Below are positions 1 through 9,871 of a DNA stretch of 64,000 bases, one piece after another (position 1 is the first letter of the stretch; each line of letters begins with the position of its first letter). The notes under the pieces were generated by a model that was not told the DNA's origin, made no database searches, and was given only the letters and a program-made list of their open reading frames with translations. This DNA is from Gemmatimonadota bacterium (GTDB lineage Bacteria > Gemmatimonadota > Gemmatimonadetes > Palauibacterales > Palauibacteraceae), in assembly GCA_049668445.1 (NCBI GenBank), contig JBATJK010000099.1:731-64730 (forward strand). Reading direction: 5' to 3'. The position numbers and the translations under genes are program-made.

Positions 1-554
1 CCCGCTTCGTCTCTCGCGATCGGGAGCCGGGAGGAGCGGAGGTAGTCTCCCTCGGCAGTCAGCCAGTGAAGAACCGGGGGAAACCCCTGCCCCACCGCGA
101 AGCCGCCGTCGTCGAGAGCCGTGACCGAGGCCGGACGGCGAAACTCACCCGGTCCCTCGCCTTGGCCGCCGAAACTGCGGACCGGCCTCCCGGTGGAATC
201 GAACACATGGACGAGATGGGTCTGGGCATCGAGGACCAGCATGCCCCCCTCCGACGCCGGGGCTACCCAGTTAATGCGACCGAAGGCCATCGGTCCGTCA
301 ATCTCACCCACCTGCAGGTCCGGCTCGAGCCTCCAGGCTTCCGCCGGCGACCAGCCCGGGCCCCGGTTCGCAACGATCGCCACGCCGCTCGAGTCCGTGA
401 CGGATACGCTGTTGGGGTCCTTGACTGGGCCGCTCTCGCTACCGCCGGAGGAACAACCTCCCCAGACGGCTGCGCACGCCACGGTAAGGGCTACCGAGAG
501 GGTCGGATGTGAGCAAACGGGACAGTTTCGTCCCTTCTTGAGGATGGACTGCAT
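1..554 (-). CDS. NHL-repeat beta-propeller lipoprotein, 3' end runs off window start. It is paralogous to the 26735..27982 product.
   Basis: Manual minus-strand translation from ATG at 552-554 gives MQSILKKGRNCPVCSHPTLSVALTVACAAVWGGCSSGG (signal peptide plus lipobox-like GGC), then ...RPVRSFGGQGEGPGEFRRPASV with no stop before position 1. It is not in the ORF track because no stop lies inside the window. The GEGPGEF motif and overall pattern match the 26735 protein. Confidence 0.55.
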   Translation of the reverse strand, partial: MQSILKKGRNCPVCSHPTLSVALTVACAAVWGGCSSGGSESGPVKDPNSVSVTDSSGVAIVANRGPGWSPAEAWRLEPDLQVGEIDGPMAFGRINWVAPASEGGMLVLDAQTHLVHVFDSTGRPVRSFGGQGEGPGEFRRPASVTALDDGGFAVGQGFPPVLHWLTAEGDYLRSSRLPIARDEA

Positions 555-571
555 TGCGCCCCCGTGGTGTT

Positions 572-3500
572 TCAGGCCCTCCTTGCCACCAGGTAGCGAT
601 AGGCCACAGGAATGGCCACAAGCACGAATAATGTACTTGAGATCAAGCCACCTATCGTCGCTAATGCCAGTGAGTTCCAGATGTTTTCATCCTGCGACTG
701 AGCAAAGAGCACCAGTGGAAGCAACCCGAAGACCGTGGTGAAGGTGGTCATCAGGATGGGGCGCACGCGTTCCAGGGTACCCTGCAGGATGGCGTCACGT
801 GTCGGCATGCGTTGCCGCAGCTCGCCGATGTGATATACGATCAGGATCGCGTTGTTCACCACGATGCCTGCCATCATGATCGTGCCGATGTAGGCAGTGC
901 GGGTGAACGTCGCATCCGCGTAGAAGAAGATCAGGAAGACCCCGATGAGGGCCAGCGGCAGAGTGAGCAGGATCACGAACGGCGCAGCGAGAGACTCGAA
1001 CAGCGCCGCGGTCACCATGTATATCAAGAGAACCGCGAATATGACGGCAAGGTAGACCTGGGTCTTCTCTTCTTCATCCCAGCCCCAGCGATCGTCTTCC
1101 TCGATCTTGTAGCCTGGTGGCAGGGTGGTCGCGTCGACCACCGCATCTCGGATCAAGTCCCCCAGCTTTCGGGGCCCGCGGAACTCCCAGGCCACCGTTC
1201 GCTGGTACTGCTGGTCCTCCCGCAGGATCCGGGACAGGACGTTGCGGCGCTCGACCTGTGCCACGTCCGCGAGGCGTACTTCCCGGCCCGATTGGGACGG
1301 GATCCTCAGCTGGCGCATGTCAATCAAGTCGAACTCACGGTACCCGTCGAGCTTGACGGCAAAAGGCAGCTCTTCGGCGCCAACTCTGAGGACCTGCGTG
1401 CGCGGACGATCGCTCGGGAGGTTCGCCGATACGAATCGGAGAAGTTCCTCGACCGTCAGGTCGTGCGCTCCGAGGGCCTCCCGGTCCACGGCCAGGTAGT
1501 ATTCGAACTCCTTGTCCCGTTCGTACCATCGGCCGCTGGCGTTGGGATCGACGTCCTGGATCCGACTGAAGCGCTCCAGCCTCCCCGCGAGGTCGTCGGC
1601 TAGCTCCTGCACCTGCAGATAGTTGTAGCCAAGAATCTTGAGCGAGTAGTTGGGTGGGCTGCTCCCTCCCCCATAAAAGGATGGGCCGTAGCCGTATACC
1701 CGCACGTCGGCGCCAGAGAACTGGTAGCTGTAGGCCACCATCTGCTCCTTGATGGCGACGGGTACCTGCGTCGTCTCCAGGTCCTTTGGAAACGTGATGC
1801 GCAGAAAAGCGTACTGCGGCTGAACCCACGCTTCGTATCGATTGACCTCGGGGATGGACGAGATCTTCTCCTCGAACGCCCGGGCCATTTCGTCGGTGCG
1901 TTCCAGGCCCGCCCCACGCGGAAACGTGATGTTGACGCTGATGTACGTGTCCTGGCCCCAGAAGGCCGACCATCGGATACCCCGCGTCACGTGCTTGTCG
2001 AACAAGTACCAGCTCCCGCCCAGGGCCGCGAGACACACGGCGGTCACCAGGATCGGGTGATCGAGGGCGAAACCCAGCACGCCGCGGTAGACTCGGATAT
2101 AGCCCGGACCTCGCCCACCGTTGCTCGCCGACCTTCCCGATGGGCCCGCTGCGCCGCCACCACCCTCCGATGAGTTCTCTTCAGAGGGGACCCCGTAGAC
2201 TCGCGCTCTCCAGTGCTGAATCCGGCCGGCCATGGTCGGAACGAAGGTGAACGCTACGAACAGGCTGGCCACGATCGAAAAGGCGACGGCAAAAGCCAGC
2301 GGCAGGTAGTAGATCCGGAGTTCGCCCTGCAGGAACAGGAACGGTACGAGTACGATGGCCGTCGTGGCCGTCGCCGCGATCACCGGAAGCATTACCTGCC
2401 GGGCGCCATCGGATGCCGCCTGGCGGGAGGACTTCCCCAGATGGGAGTGCCGCTCCACGTTCTCCAGCACCACGATCCCGTTGTCCACGATCAGGCCGAA
2501 GCCCCAGGCGAGCCCGGCCAGCGTGAGGACATTCAGTGAGAAGCCGCCGATATAGAGCATGTTGACGGCGATGAGGACGCTGAACCCGATGGTGGCGAAC
2601 ACGACCAGCACGGCGCTCATCGACCTCAGGAACAGGGTCAGGACCAGGAAGATCACGATCGCGGCCGCCACGGCCCGCAACCTGAGGTCGGTGAGCTGCT
2701 GCCTGATCTCCTTGCTCTGATCGTCGTCCAACTCCAGGGTCACCCCGGGAGGCATGCGAGACTCGAGAGGCCCGATCGAGGCCTTCACCGCGTCCGCGAC
2801 CCGAACGGCGTTCGTACCCGACTCCCGGGTCACGAATATCGAGATCGTCGGCTGCCCGTTGATCCTGAAGTACGAGGTGGCGTCTGCCGTCTGCTCGCGG
2901 ACCGTTCCGATATCTTTCAGTCGCACCGGTCCCTCGGGACGCTGCAAGATCACGAGATCCTCGAGCTCGGACACGTGACGGACTCTCGTGCGCACCGCCA
3001 GCGTGACCTGGCGCCCCTCGAGGACCAGCGAGCCTGGAGCTCGCAGCGTCGAGAGATCACGGATGCGCTGCTCCACCTGCTCCGGCCTCAAGTCGAGGGA
3101 CTCGAGCTTCTGCCGATCCAGTTCGACGGCGACCTCTCGGTCCTGGTCGCCCCAGATCATTACGCCAGCCACCCCATCGATCGCCGACAGGACGGGCTCG
3201 ATCTCCTCCTCGGCCACCTCCGCCAGGCGACTGAACGTGTACGGTCCATGAAGCTGATAGCTCAGGAAGCGCTGTTCCTCGTCCGAGAACTCGCGCGGTA
3301 CGTAGGGTTGAATCTGCGGATAGACGGCTGGCGGAAGCTCGTCCCGCATCGCCGCGAAGCGCTCGCTGAGGTCAAGCTGGGCGAAGTCCATCCGCACATT
3401 ACGATCGAACTCGATCTCGATCTCCGCGCTCGAGCCCGTCCCCCTGGGATCGGCGCGTGAGGTGGAGGTGATCTTCCGGACGCCGCGCACCTGCTGGGAG

Positions 3501-3703
3501 GCGGCCTCCAGCGGAGACGTCACGAAAGCCTCCATGGCCTCCGGAGATGCCCCGCCCCACGAAGCGTTGACGGTGAGTCTCGGATAGTCGACGTCGGGCA
3601 GCAGTTCCACGGGGATCAGGCGGAAGCTGTAAGCTCCCAGGGCCACCAGCGCGACATAGATCGCGGCGGTCGCTACCGGTCGCTTGATGGACAGATCGAT
3701 CAC
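572..3703 (-). CDS. RND efflux permease (HAE1/AcrB-MdtC-like), second of a tandem pair
   Basis: 1043 aa. N-terminus MIDLSIKRPVATAAIYVALVALGAYSFRLIPVELLPDVDYPRLTV is a classic AcrB family start. Twelve-TM architecture, length typical. Confidence 0.9.
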   Translation of the reverse strand: MIDLSIKRPVATAAIYVALVALGAYSFRLIPVELLPDVDYPRLTVNASWGGASPEAMEAFVTSPLEAASQQVRGVRKITSTSRADPRGTGSSAEIEIEFDRNVRMDFAQLDLSERFAAMRDELPPAVYPQIQPYVPREFSDEEQRFLSYQLHGPYTFSRLAEVAEEEIEPVLSAIDGVAGVMIWGDQDREVAVELDRQKLESLDLRPEQVEQRIRDLSTLRAPGSLVLEGRQVTLAVRTRVRHVSELEDLVILQRPEGPVRLKDIGTVREQTADATSYFRINGQPTISIFVTRESGTNAVRVADAVKASIGPLESRMPPGVTLELDDDQSKEIRQQLTDLRLRAVAAAIVIFLVLTLFLRSMSAVLVVFATIGFSVLIAVNMLYIGGFSLNVLTLAGLAWGFGLIVDNGIVVLENVERHSHLGKSSRQAASDGARQVMLPVIAATATTAIVLVPFLFLQGELRIYYLPLAFAVAFSIVASLFVAFTFVPTMAGRIQHWRARVYGVPSEENSSEGGGGAAGPSGRSASNGGRGPGYIRVYRGVLGFALDHPILVTAVCLAALGGSWYLFDKHVTRGIRWSAFWGQDTYISVNITFPRGAGLERTDEMARAFEEKISSIPEVNRYEAWVQPQYAFLRITFPKDLETTQVPVAIKEQMVAYSYQFSGADVRVYGYGPSFYGGGSSPPNYSLKILGYNYLQVQELADDLAGRLERFSRIQDVDPNASGRWYERDKEFEYYLAVDREALGAHDLTVEELLRFVSANLPSDRPRTQVLRVGAEELPFAVKLDGYREFDLIDMRQLRIPSQSGREVRLADVAQVERRNVLSRILREDQQYQRTVAWEFRGPRKLGDLIRDAVVDATTLPPGYKIEEDDRWGWDEEEKTQVYLAVIFAVLLIYMVTAALFESLAAPFVILLTLPLALIGVFLIFFYADATFTRTAYIGTIMMAGIVVNNAILIVYHIGELRQRMPTRDAILQGTLERVRPILMTTFTTVFGLLPLVLFAQSQDENIWNSLALATIGGLISSTLFVLVAIPVAYRYLVARRA

Positions 3704-3764
3704 GCTCCGCCTCCCTCTTCGCCGCCCGCGAAGCGGCGGGCGTCCACAACCTCTCGATTCGCCA

Positions 3765-6700
3765 TCAACGGTCCGTCAACGCAGGCCCGAGGGCCGCGTC
3801 CGAAAGAGGAACCCTCGCTCCACGCCCACCGGGCCCGGCCGAGGTCGCGGCCCGGACTGACTCTGTCGGCGAGACCAGGAGTGAATACACCACCGGGACC
3901 ACGATGAGCGTGAGGAACGTCGCCGAGATCAGGCCTCCGATCACCGCGACGGCCAGCGGGGCCCTGAGGTCCGCGCCCGCGCCCCACCCAAGCGCCATCG
4001 GGAGGAGTCCGAATACCGTCGTGATCGTCGTCATGATGATCGGCCGGAGTCGCAGACGCCCCGCCTCGAGAATGGCATGTCGCTTGGTGGCCCCCTCGGC
4101 TCGCTTCTGGTTGATGAAGTCCACCTTGATGATCGCGTCGTTGACGACGATTCCGATCAGAATCACCATCCCGATTCCACTCATGGCGTTCAGTCCGTCA
4201 CGGGCGAGGGCCAGTGCGACTACGGCGCCGATCGCCGCCAGGGGCACGGATATCAGCACGACCACGGGTTGCACGAGAGACTCGAACTTCGCCGCCATGA
4301 TCAGGAACACCAGGAAGAGAGCCAAACCGAACGCGAAAAGGAGTGACCGGAAGCTCTCCCTCATCTCTTCGTTCTGTCCTCCCACCCTCATCGCCGTAAC
4401 GGGCGGGAGCGGAACATCCGCCACGGCCGCCTCGATTGACTCTACGGCCGATGCGATCCCTCCACCCTGAATATCAGCCAGGACCTGCACGGTGCGGTTC
4501 TGCTCGCTACGCCGGATCTCGACCGGGCCGTAGCCCTCTCGCGCGGTCACCAGCTCCCGGATCGGAACGCCGTCCAGGGTCAGCATCATCACGTCGCCCA
4601 GCGCCTGCCTCTCGCCCTCCGGCAGGCGGACCCGGATGTCGATCTTCTCCGAGAACTCGGTATAGGGCCGGTCTGTCTCCGAGCCCCTCAGATAAGCTTC
4701 GATGGCATCCGCAACCTGTGTGACCGAGAGGCCATAGCGGGCCGCGGCGGCCCGGTTCACCTCGATCTCCAGCTCCGGCTGCGTGAGCTGCAAGTCGATT
4801 CGCGCGTCCACGATCCGCGGCAGGTCCCTGATTCGAAGCAGGACCTGGTCAGCCACCTTCACCAGGCTGTCCAGCTCCTGGCCGCGGATCTTGACCGCCA
4901 CATCCGCATCGCCGAGACCGATCGCGCGACCCAGCGAGGTCGCACGCCCCGTCTCGATCGAGATCGCGCGCGGATCGATTCCGCTCCCCTCGACCAACGA
5001 CCGGAACTCGTCGACGACCTCGGTGACATGCCGTCCCCCCTCGGGCAGCCGAACGTCGAGGGCGGCACTGTTGAGACCCGTGAGCTCCCGAGTAGCGAGC
5101 TCCGCCTCCCTCGCCCGCCCCACTCGACTGAACACCGCCTCGACCCCGTCCATCTCGAGCAGAGCAGCCTCCAGCCGGGCAGCGGCGTCCGCGGTGACCT
5201 CGAGGGGCGTCCCCACCGGGAGGTTCAACTCGACACGGAATGCACCCTCGTCAACCTCAGGCATGAGACCCCGGGGGAGGAACTCGCCGACCGCTACTGC
5301 CAGGGCGAGCGCCCCAAACGCGATGAAGAGGACCGATCCTCGATGCTCGAGCGCCCACTCCAGCGACCGCTCGTACCGAGCGGCGAACGCCGCAAACGCC
5401 CGATCAAAAGCGTCCAGCAGGGGACGGGTGGTGACGGCCAGGATCCGTCCGATCGCCCGGAACAGATCAGCAAACGTGATCCGAACGGAATCCAAGATGA
5501 ACCGAAAGGCCCGATGCACGGCACGTCCGACCTTTCGGACGATCCGAATGGGCAGCCAGCCCGTGATCTCGCGTCGCTCGTCCACGGCGCTCTCGGCACC
5601 GCCGGCTCCCTTCCTACCGACGCGGGCAGCCATGACCGGTAGCAGCGTCAGGGCCACGAGCAAGGACGCAAGGAGAGAGAAGGCCACCGCCAGGCTCAGG
5701 TCCGTGAACAGAGCTCCAGCCACGCCTTTCACGTAGAGCACTGGACCGAACACGGCAATGGTCGTGAGCGTCGACGCGGTGATCGCGCCAGCCACTTCGT
5801 TCGCCCCCACCGAAGCGGAGGCGGCAGCATCGAGCCCCTCCTCCTCTCGGTGCCGGAACACGTTCTCGAGCACTACGATGGAATTGTCAACCAGCATTCC
5901 GACTCCGAGTGCCAATCCACCCAGGGACATCACGTTCAGGCTAACATCGGCCAGGTAGCACAGGGCGAAGGCCGCCATGACGGAGATCGGAATCGCGAGT
6001 CCGATGGCTACCGGGTACCGCGGATCTCTCAGGAAGAGAAACAGCACCAGGAAGGCGAGGATGCCACCGAACAGGAGCGCCTGCACCACGTTCGATATCG
6101 CGTCCGCGATGAACGTTGCCTGGCTGGAGGCCACCTCGATCCCGACCTCCGGAAACTCCTCCTGCAACTGGGCGAGGATCTCGCCCACCTGGTCCGCCAC
6201 CCGGACCGTATTGGACCCCGCCTCCTTGTAGACCAGCAGACCGATCGCCGGTTCGCCATTGAAACGCGCCACCGTCTCCCGATCCGCTTCGCCCTCGAAG
6301 ATTCTCGCCACATCGCTGAGGCGGACGACGCCGCCCCCGGCGGGACGCCCGACCACCACGTCCTCCAGCTCCTCGACGCTCTGGAACTCACCCAGCGTCC
6401 TGAGGCTGTAACGGAAACGACCGCGCCGAATGCTGCCTCCGGGGGCGCTGTAGTTGGCCCGGTCGAGCGCGTCGGTAACCTGGGCGATCGTCACATCGTT
6501 CACCGACAGCTGACTCGCATCGACCTCGACCTGGATCTCCCGGATCGGCCCGCCGGTGATCGCCGCCATCGCGACTCCGTCGAGCTGCTCCAACCGGCGC
6601 TTGAACACGGCGTCGGACAGATCCCTCAACTCGGCCAGGTTGGCACCCGTGATCGCGAGCGAGATGATCGGGTCGTTGGTGGGATCGGAAGTCAGAATGA

Positions 6701-7079
6701 CAGGCCGCTCGGCGCTCTCGGGCAGAGCCCCGACCAGGTTGTCCAGCCGCTCCCGGACGTGGAGCATCGCGAACTCCATGTCGGTGCCCCAGTGGAACTG
6801 CAGACGCACCAGGGATTGGCCTTCGCGCGACCTCGAATCGACCGTGCGAACGGCCGGCACCCGGCTGACCACGGCCTCGACGGGCTCGGTGACGAAGCGC
6901 TCGACCTCCGCGGGGCCGGCATCCGGGTACGTCGTCCACACCGAAAGCGTGGGGAATGAGACATCGGGCAGGAGGTCGATGGGCAGTCGGGTAAACGAGA
7001 CGACGCCGAGGACTCCCACCGCCAGGTACAGCATGGTCGTCGCGACCGGGCGCCGAATCGACAGGTCGGACAGTGCCAT
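3765..7079 (-). CDS. RND efflux permease (AcrB/MdtB-like), first of a tandem pair
   Basis: Track ORF 3765..7133. Likely start is the internal MALSDLSIRRPVATTMLYLAVGVLGVVSFTRLPIDLLPDVSFPTLSV at 7077-7079. This overlaps the stop of the upstream TolC gene in an ATGA arrangement. Confidence 0.9.
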   Translation of the reverse strand: MALSDLSIRRPVATTMLYLAVGVLGVVSFTRLPIDLLPDVSFPTLSVWTTYPDAGPAEVERFVTEPVEAVVSRVPAVRTVDSRSREGQSLVRLQFHWGTDMEFAMLHVRERLDNLVGALPESAERPVILTSDPTNDPIISLAITGANLAELRDLSDAVFKRRLEQLDGVAMAAITGGPIREIQVEVDASQLSVNDVTIAQVTDALDRANYSAPGGSIRRGRFRYSLRTLGEFQSVEELEDVVVGRPAGGGVVRLSDVARIFEGEADRETVARFNGEPAIGLLVYKEAGSNTVRVADQVGEILAQLQEEFPEVGIEVASSQATFIADAISNVVQALLFGGILAFLVLFLFLRDPRYPVAIGLAIPISVMAAFALCYLADVSLNVMSLGGLALGVGMLVDNSIVVLENVFRHREEEGLDAAASASVGANEVAGAITASTLTTIAVFGPVLYVKGVAGALFTDLSLAVAFSLLASLLVALTLLPVMAARVGRKGAGGAESAVDERREITGWLPIRIVRKVGRAVHRAFRFILDSVRITFADLFRAIGRILAVTTRPLLDAFDRAFAAFAARYERSLEWALEHRGSVLFIAFGALALAVAVGEFLPRGLMPEVDEGAFRVELNLPVGTPLEVTADAAARLEAALLEMDGVEAVFSRVGRAREAELATRELTGLNSAALDVRLPEGGRHVTEVVDEFRSLVEGSGIDPRAISIETGRATSLGRAIGLGDADVAVKIRGQELDSLVKVADQVLLRIRDLPRIVDARIDLQLTQPELEIEVNRAAAARYGLSVTQVADAIEAYLRGSETDRPYTEFSEKIDIRVRLPEGERQALGDVMMLTLDGVPIRELVTAREGYGPVEIRRSEQNRTVQVLADIQGGGIASAVESIEAAVADVPLPPVTAMRVGGQNEEMRESFRSLLFAFGLALFLVFLIMAAKFESLVQPVVVLISVPLAAIGAVVALALARDGLNAMSGIGMVILIGIVVNDAIIKVDFINQKRAEGATKRHAILEAGRLRLRPIIMTTITTVFGLLPMALGWGAGADLRAPLAVAVIGGLISATFLTLIVVPVVYSLLVSPTESVRAATSAGPGGRGARVPLSDAALGPALTDR

Positions 7080-8455
7080 CAGGTCGCTCCCTGGCCCAGG
7101 TCTCCCCCGACCTTTTCCTCGAGGCTGGCCCAACCGATCAAGTAGTCGTAACGCTCCTGGAACAGGGCCTGCTCAGTGAGTGTCAGGCGGTCGATCGCCT
7201 GCTGCAGATTGAAATAGGGGATGCTGCCGAGACGGTACTGCTCGCGGGCCAACGAGAGTCGCTCCGTGGCCAACTGGACGTTGCGGTCCAGGATCGTGAG
7301 GCGCTGGCTTCGTCGCTTGAGTTCCTTCACCAGGTCCCGCACCTCTTTTTCGAGCTGGAGCTGCTCCGCGGTGAGCCGGGCCGCCGACTGCCGCTTCTGC
7401 ATGTCGGCCTGTGCGGTCTGCCGCTTGCGGCCGAATCCCGAGAACACGCTCCAGGAGCCCTGGATGACGAAGCCGTCAGACGTGTTCGCCGGGTTGAAGT
7501 CCAGGAGGCTCTCGTCCCGTCCCAGTTCCTTGCTGCGGCCCAGGCTGTACCCGAGGTCGATTCGCGGCAGATAGCTCGACTTGGCGGACCAGAGATCCGC
7601 CGTTGCCGCCTTCTGGTCCTGCTGGAGAGCCAGGAGGTTGGGGTTCATGGCCAGAGCCGTGATCACGAGCGCATCGGCATCGAGGGGCTCCGCGTCCGGA
7701 ACGAGGTCTACGTCCACCAGTTCGATGGAACCGGGGTCCGTGTTGGTGACCGGCACGCCGAGCGTCACCTGCAACTGCCTCAAGGCCCGGGACAACGCGT
7801 CCACCGAGTCGAGTACCCTGAGCTCGGCGTCGCTGAGATCCATCTCGGCCCCCAGCAGGTCACTCCGGGACGAAGCAGCGATCCGGTAGCGTTGCTCCGT
7901 GACTGAGAAGTCCTGCCGGCGAGCGGCAAGTTGTCGCTCGGACACGTCCAGGAGCTTTCTCTGCTTGAGGGCCTCGAAGTACGACCACTTGACGTCTCGA
8001 ATCACGACCCGTTCCGCGGCCGTCAGCCGAAAATCAGCGGCATTCTCCCGGGCATCCCCGGCCTGGACGTTGGCGATGCGCTCCGGGCTCAGGAGTGACA
8101 GCCCGAACGATAGGGAGCCCGAGCTGCTCTTTCGCTCGGAGGTGATCGGCGGATCCAGCGTCTGCGCCACACCCGTCGGATCGACGAAGGTCACGTTGGT
8201 GAAGGCGGTCTGGGAAAGTGAACCCCGCAGATCGATCGTGGGCAGGAATGCCCCCCAGTCCGCCCATCTCGACGAGGTTGCGGCGGCGGCGGCGGCTGTG
8301 GAGGATTCGATATTCGGGTTCATCGACAGGCCCGTTCGAAGAGCTTCCTCGAGGGTCGTAACCTCCTGCGCCACCGCCGTTGGTGCCGCGATGGCTGCCA
8401 CGGCGAGGAGACCGACCAGGCTCAGGCCCCTGCGACAGCGACCGTGGCGACTCAT
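7079..8455 (-). CDS. Outer membrane efflux factor (TolC/OprM family)
   Basis: 458 aa with signal peptide MSRHGRCRRGLSLVGLLAVAAIAAPTAVAQE, and composition typical of OMF proteins. Operon position is between the MFP and RND genes. Its ATG at 8453-8455 overlaps the MFP stop (ATGA). Confidence 0.8.
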   Translation of the reverse strand: MSRHGRCRRGLSLVGLLAVAAIAAPTAVAQEVTTLEEALRTGLSMNPNIESSTAAAAAATSSRWADWGAFLPTIDLRGSLSQTAFTNVTFVDPTGVAQTLDPPITSERKSSSGSLSFGLSLLSPERIANVQAGDARENAADFRLTAAERVVIRDVKWSYFEALKQRKLLDVSERQLAARRQDFSVTEQRYRIAASSRSDLLGAEMDLSDAELRVLDSVDALSRALRQLQVTLGVPVTNTDPGSIELVDVDLVPDAEPLDADALVITALAMNPNLLALQQDQKAATADLWSAKSSYLPRIDLGYSLGRSKELGRDESLLDFNPANTSDGFVIQGSWSVFSGFGRKRQTAQADMQKRQSAARLTAEQLQLEKEVRDLVKELKRRSQRLTILDRNVQLATERLSLAREQYRLGSIPYFNLQQAIDRLTLTEQALFQERYDYLIGWASLEEKVGGDLGQGAT

Positions 8456-9657
8456 GGCGCGCCCCCTGCACCACCCTCCGCCTCCGTATCCGCCAGCCGC
8501 ACCATGGCATCATGGGTCAGGGTCGTGTGCCCGCCCACCAGGACGATCTCGCCTTCCGCCAGTTCATCCGTTTCCTCAGAGGGTACCACCTCGATCGCTT
8601 CTTCGTTCTCGAGCCCTGTCGTGACGTAGCGCCACTTGGCTCGGCCGGTGCTCGCCCCCTCCGACTCAGGCTCGAACACGAACACCACTTCCCTGCGGCT
8701 CCGCTCGACGATGGCTTCCTTCGGCACCGAGACCCGGTCCTCGTACAGTCGACCGGCGATCCGCACATTGGCGTGCATTCCCGGGAGAATGCGGGCCCCG
8801 GGGTTCCGGAGCCGCACCGTGGCCCTTCCCACGTGACTGACCGGATCCACGACCGGATTCACGGTCGCCACCTCGGCCTGAAACTCCTCGCCCGGAAAGG
8901 CCGTGAACATCACGGTCGCGTCCCGACCCACTTCGAGGGCCGCGATCTCGCTTTCCAGCACCTGCACGTCCACGTCCACGAGCGACAGGTCCACCACGGT
9001 CGCCACGGAGTCGTTCACACCGAGGCGACTTCCCACGTCGACGACAAGGTTGGCCAGCCTGCCCGAGTACGGCGCCCGGATCACCGTCTTCTCAAGGTTG
9101 TATTTCGCCTGTTCTAGCCGTGCCTCCGCGCCGACCAGACCGCTCCGGATTCGCGCCTGTGTCTGGCGCACCCGGAGGACCTCGGGGTCGTCGATGGTCT
9201 CGTCGCCAAGTGTCAGATCCTGGTAGGAAGCTTCCGCCTGCTCCAGGGCTCCCTGCGCCTCCTTGCGACTGATCTCGTACTCGACGGGGTCGATCCTCGC
9301 GATGACATCGCCCGCGGACACCCACGCTCCTTCACGAACCGGGACCTCGATCACCGGCCCACCTACCTGGGCGTGGAGCGGCGCCCTGCGCGTGGCCGCG
9401 GCCTGCCCCTCGGCGCTGACCCAGAGGACGAAGGTCCCCCGCTGCACCGCGGCGCCCTCCACGGGAACCGCGACTCCCGTTGCGAACGCCGACGCTGCCG
9501 CCGTGCTCTGGGCAGCGGCGCGCGCCGAATCGACGGTCGCGCTCTCGGAGTCTTCAGGGGTCTCTTCGCTGTTCTGCTTGAGGCGCAGGTAGATCCCGCC
9601 GAGGGCGGCGGCTGCGACAACGAACACCAGAATTGTGACGAGGTAGCGCGACTTCAT
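8452..9657 (-). CDS. RND efflux membrane fusion protein (HlyD/AcrA family periplasmic adaptor)
   Basis: 401 aa. N-terminal TM anchor MKSRYLVTILVFVVAAAALGGIYLRL followed by coiled-coil/lipoyl/beta-barrel type sequence (…VSAGDVIARIDPVEYE…). It is the first gene of the efflux operon. Confidence 0.85.
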   Translation of the reverse strand: MKSRYLVTILVFVVAAAALGGIYLRLKQNSEETPEDSESATVDSARAAAQSTAAASAFATGVAVPVEGAAVQRGTFVLWVSAEGQAAATRRAPLHAQVGGPVIEVPVREGAWVSAGDVIARIDPVEYEISRKEAQGALEQAEASYQDLTLGDETIDDPEVLRVRQTQARIRSGLVGAEARLEQAKYNLEKTVIRAPYSGRLANLVVDVGSRLGVNDSVATVVDLSLVDVDVQVLESEIAALEVGRDATVMFTAFPGEEFQAEVATVNPVVDPVSHVGRATVRLRNPGARILPGMHANVRIAGRLYEDRVSVPKEAIVERSRREVVFVFEPESEGASTGRAKWRYVTTGLENEEAIEVVPSEETDELAEGEIVLVGGHTTLTHDAMVRLADTEAEGGAGGAP

Positions 9658-9825
9658 GGAAACGCGTCCCGGTTCAGAGTTCGAGCCTGCTGTACGGTAT
9701 ACACCCTGGGGCGCAAAATCTTCTGGAATGGGTGTGGATGCCTGACATCACTATCACAACACCCGATCCGCGGTCTGCGCTGGATCGCAAGCGTTCACCC
9801 ATCGCTCCCTTAGACTCTACGCGCA

Positions 9826-9861
9826 CCGAAGAGGTTGCCCCCGTGCGTCTTCGGTGCTGCC
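9826..9861 (-). terminator. GC-rich hairpin downstream of the antiporter gene, upstream of the efflux operon promoter region
   Basis: Perfect 10-bp inverted repeat gcaccgaaga / tcttcggtgc with a roughly 15-nt loop. There is no U-tract, which is common in high-GC genomes. Confidence 0.3.
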
Positions 9862-9871
9862 GCCGACGGTC

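Noticed and set aside
66-741. Two overlapping plus-strand ORFs (148 and 206 aa) at the window start
   Set aside because: They are antisense to the partial NHL-lipoprotein gene found by manual minus-strand translation, and they have no motif support.
5850-6959. 369-aa plus-strand ORF, and other 60-320-aa ORFs inside 572..7133
   Set aside because: All lie antisense or out of frame within the two RND permease genes, whose full-length conserved translations explain the region.
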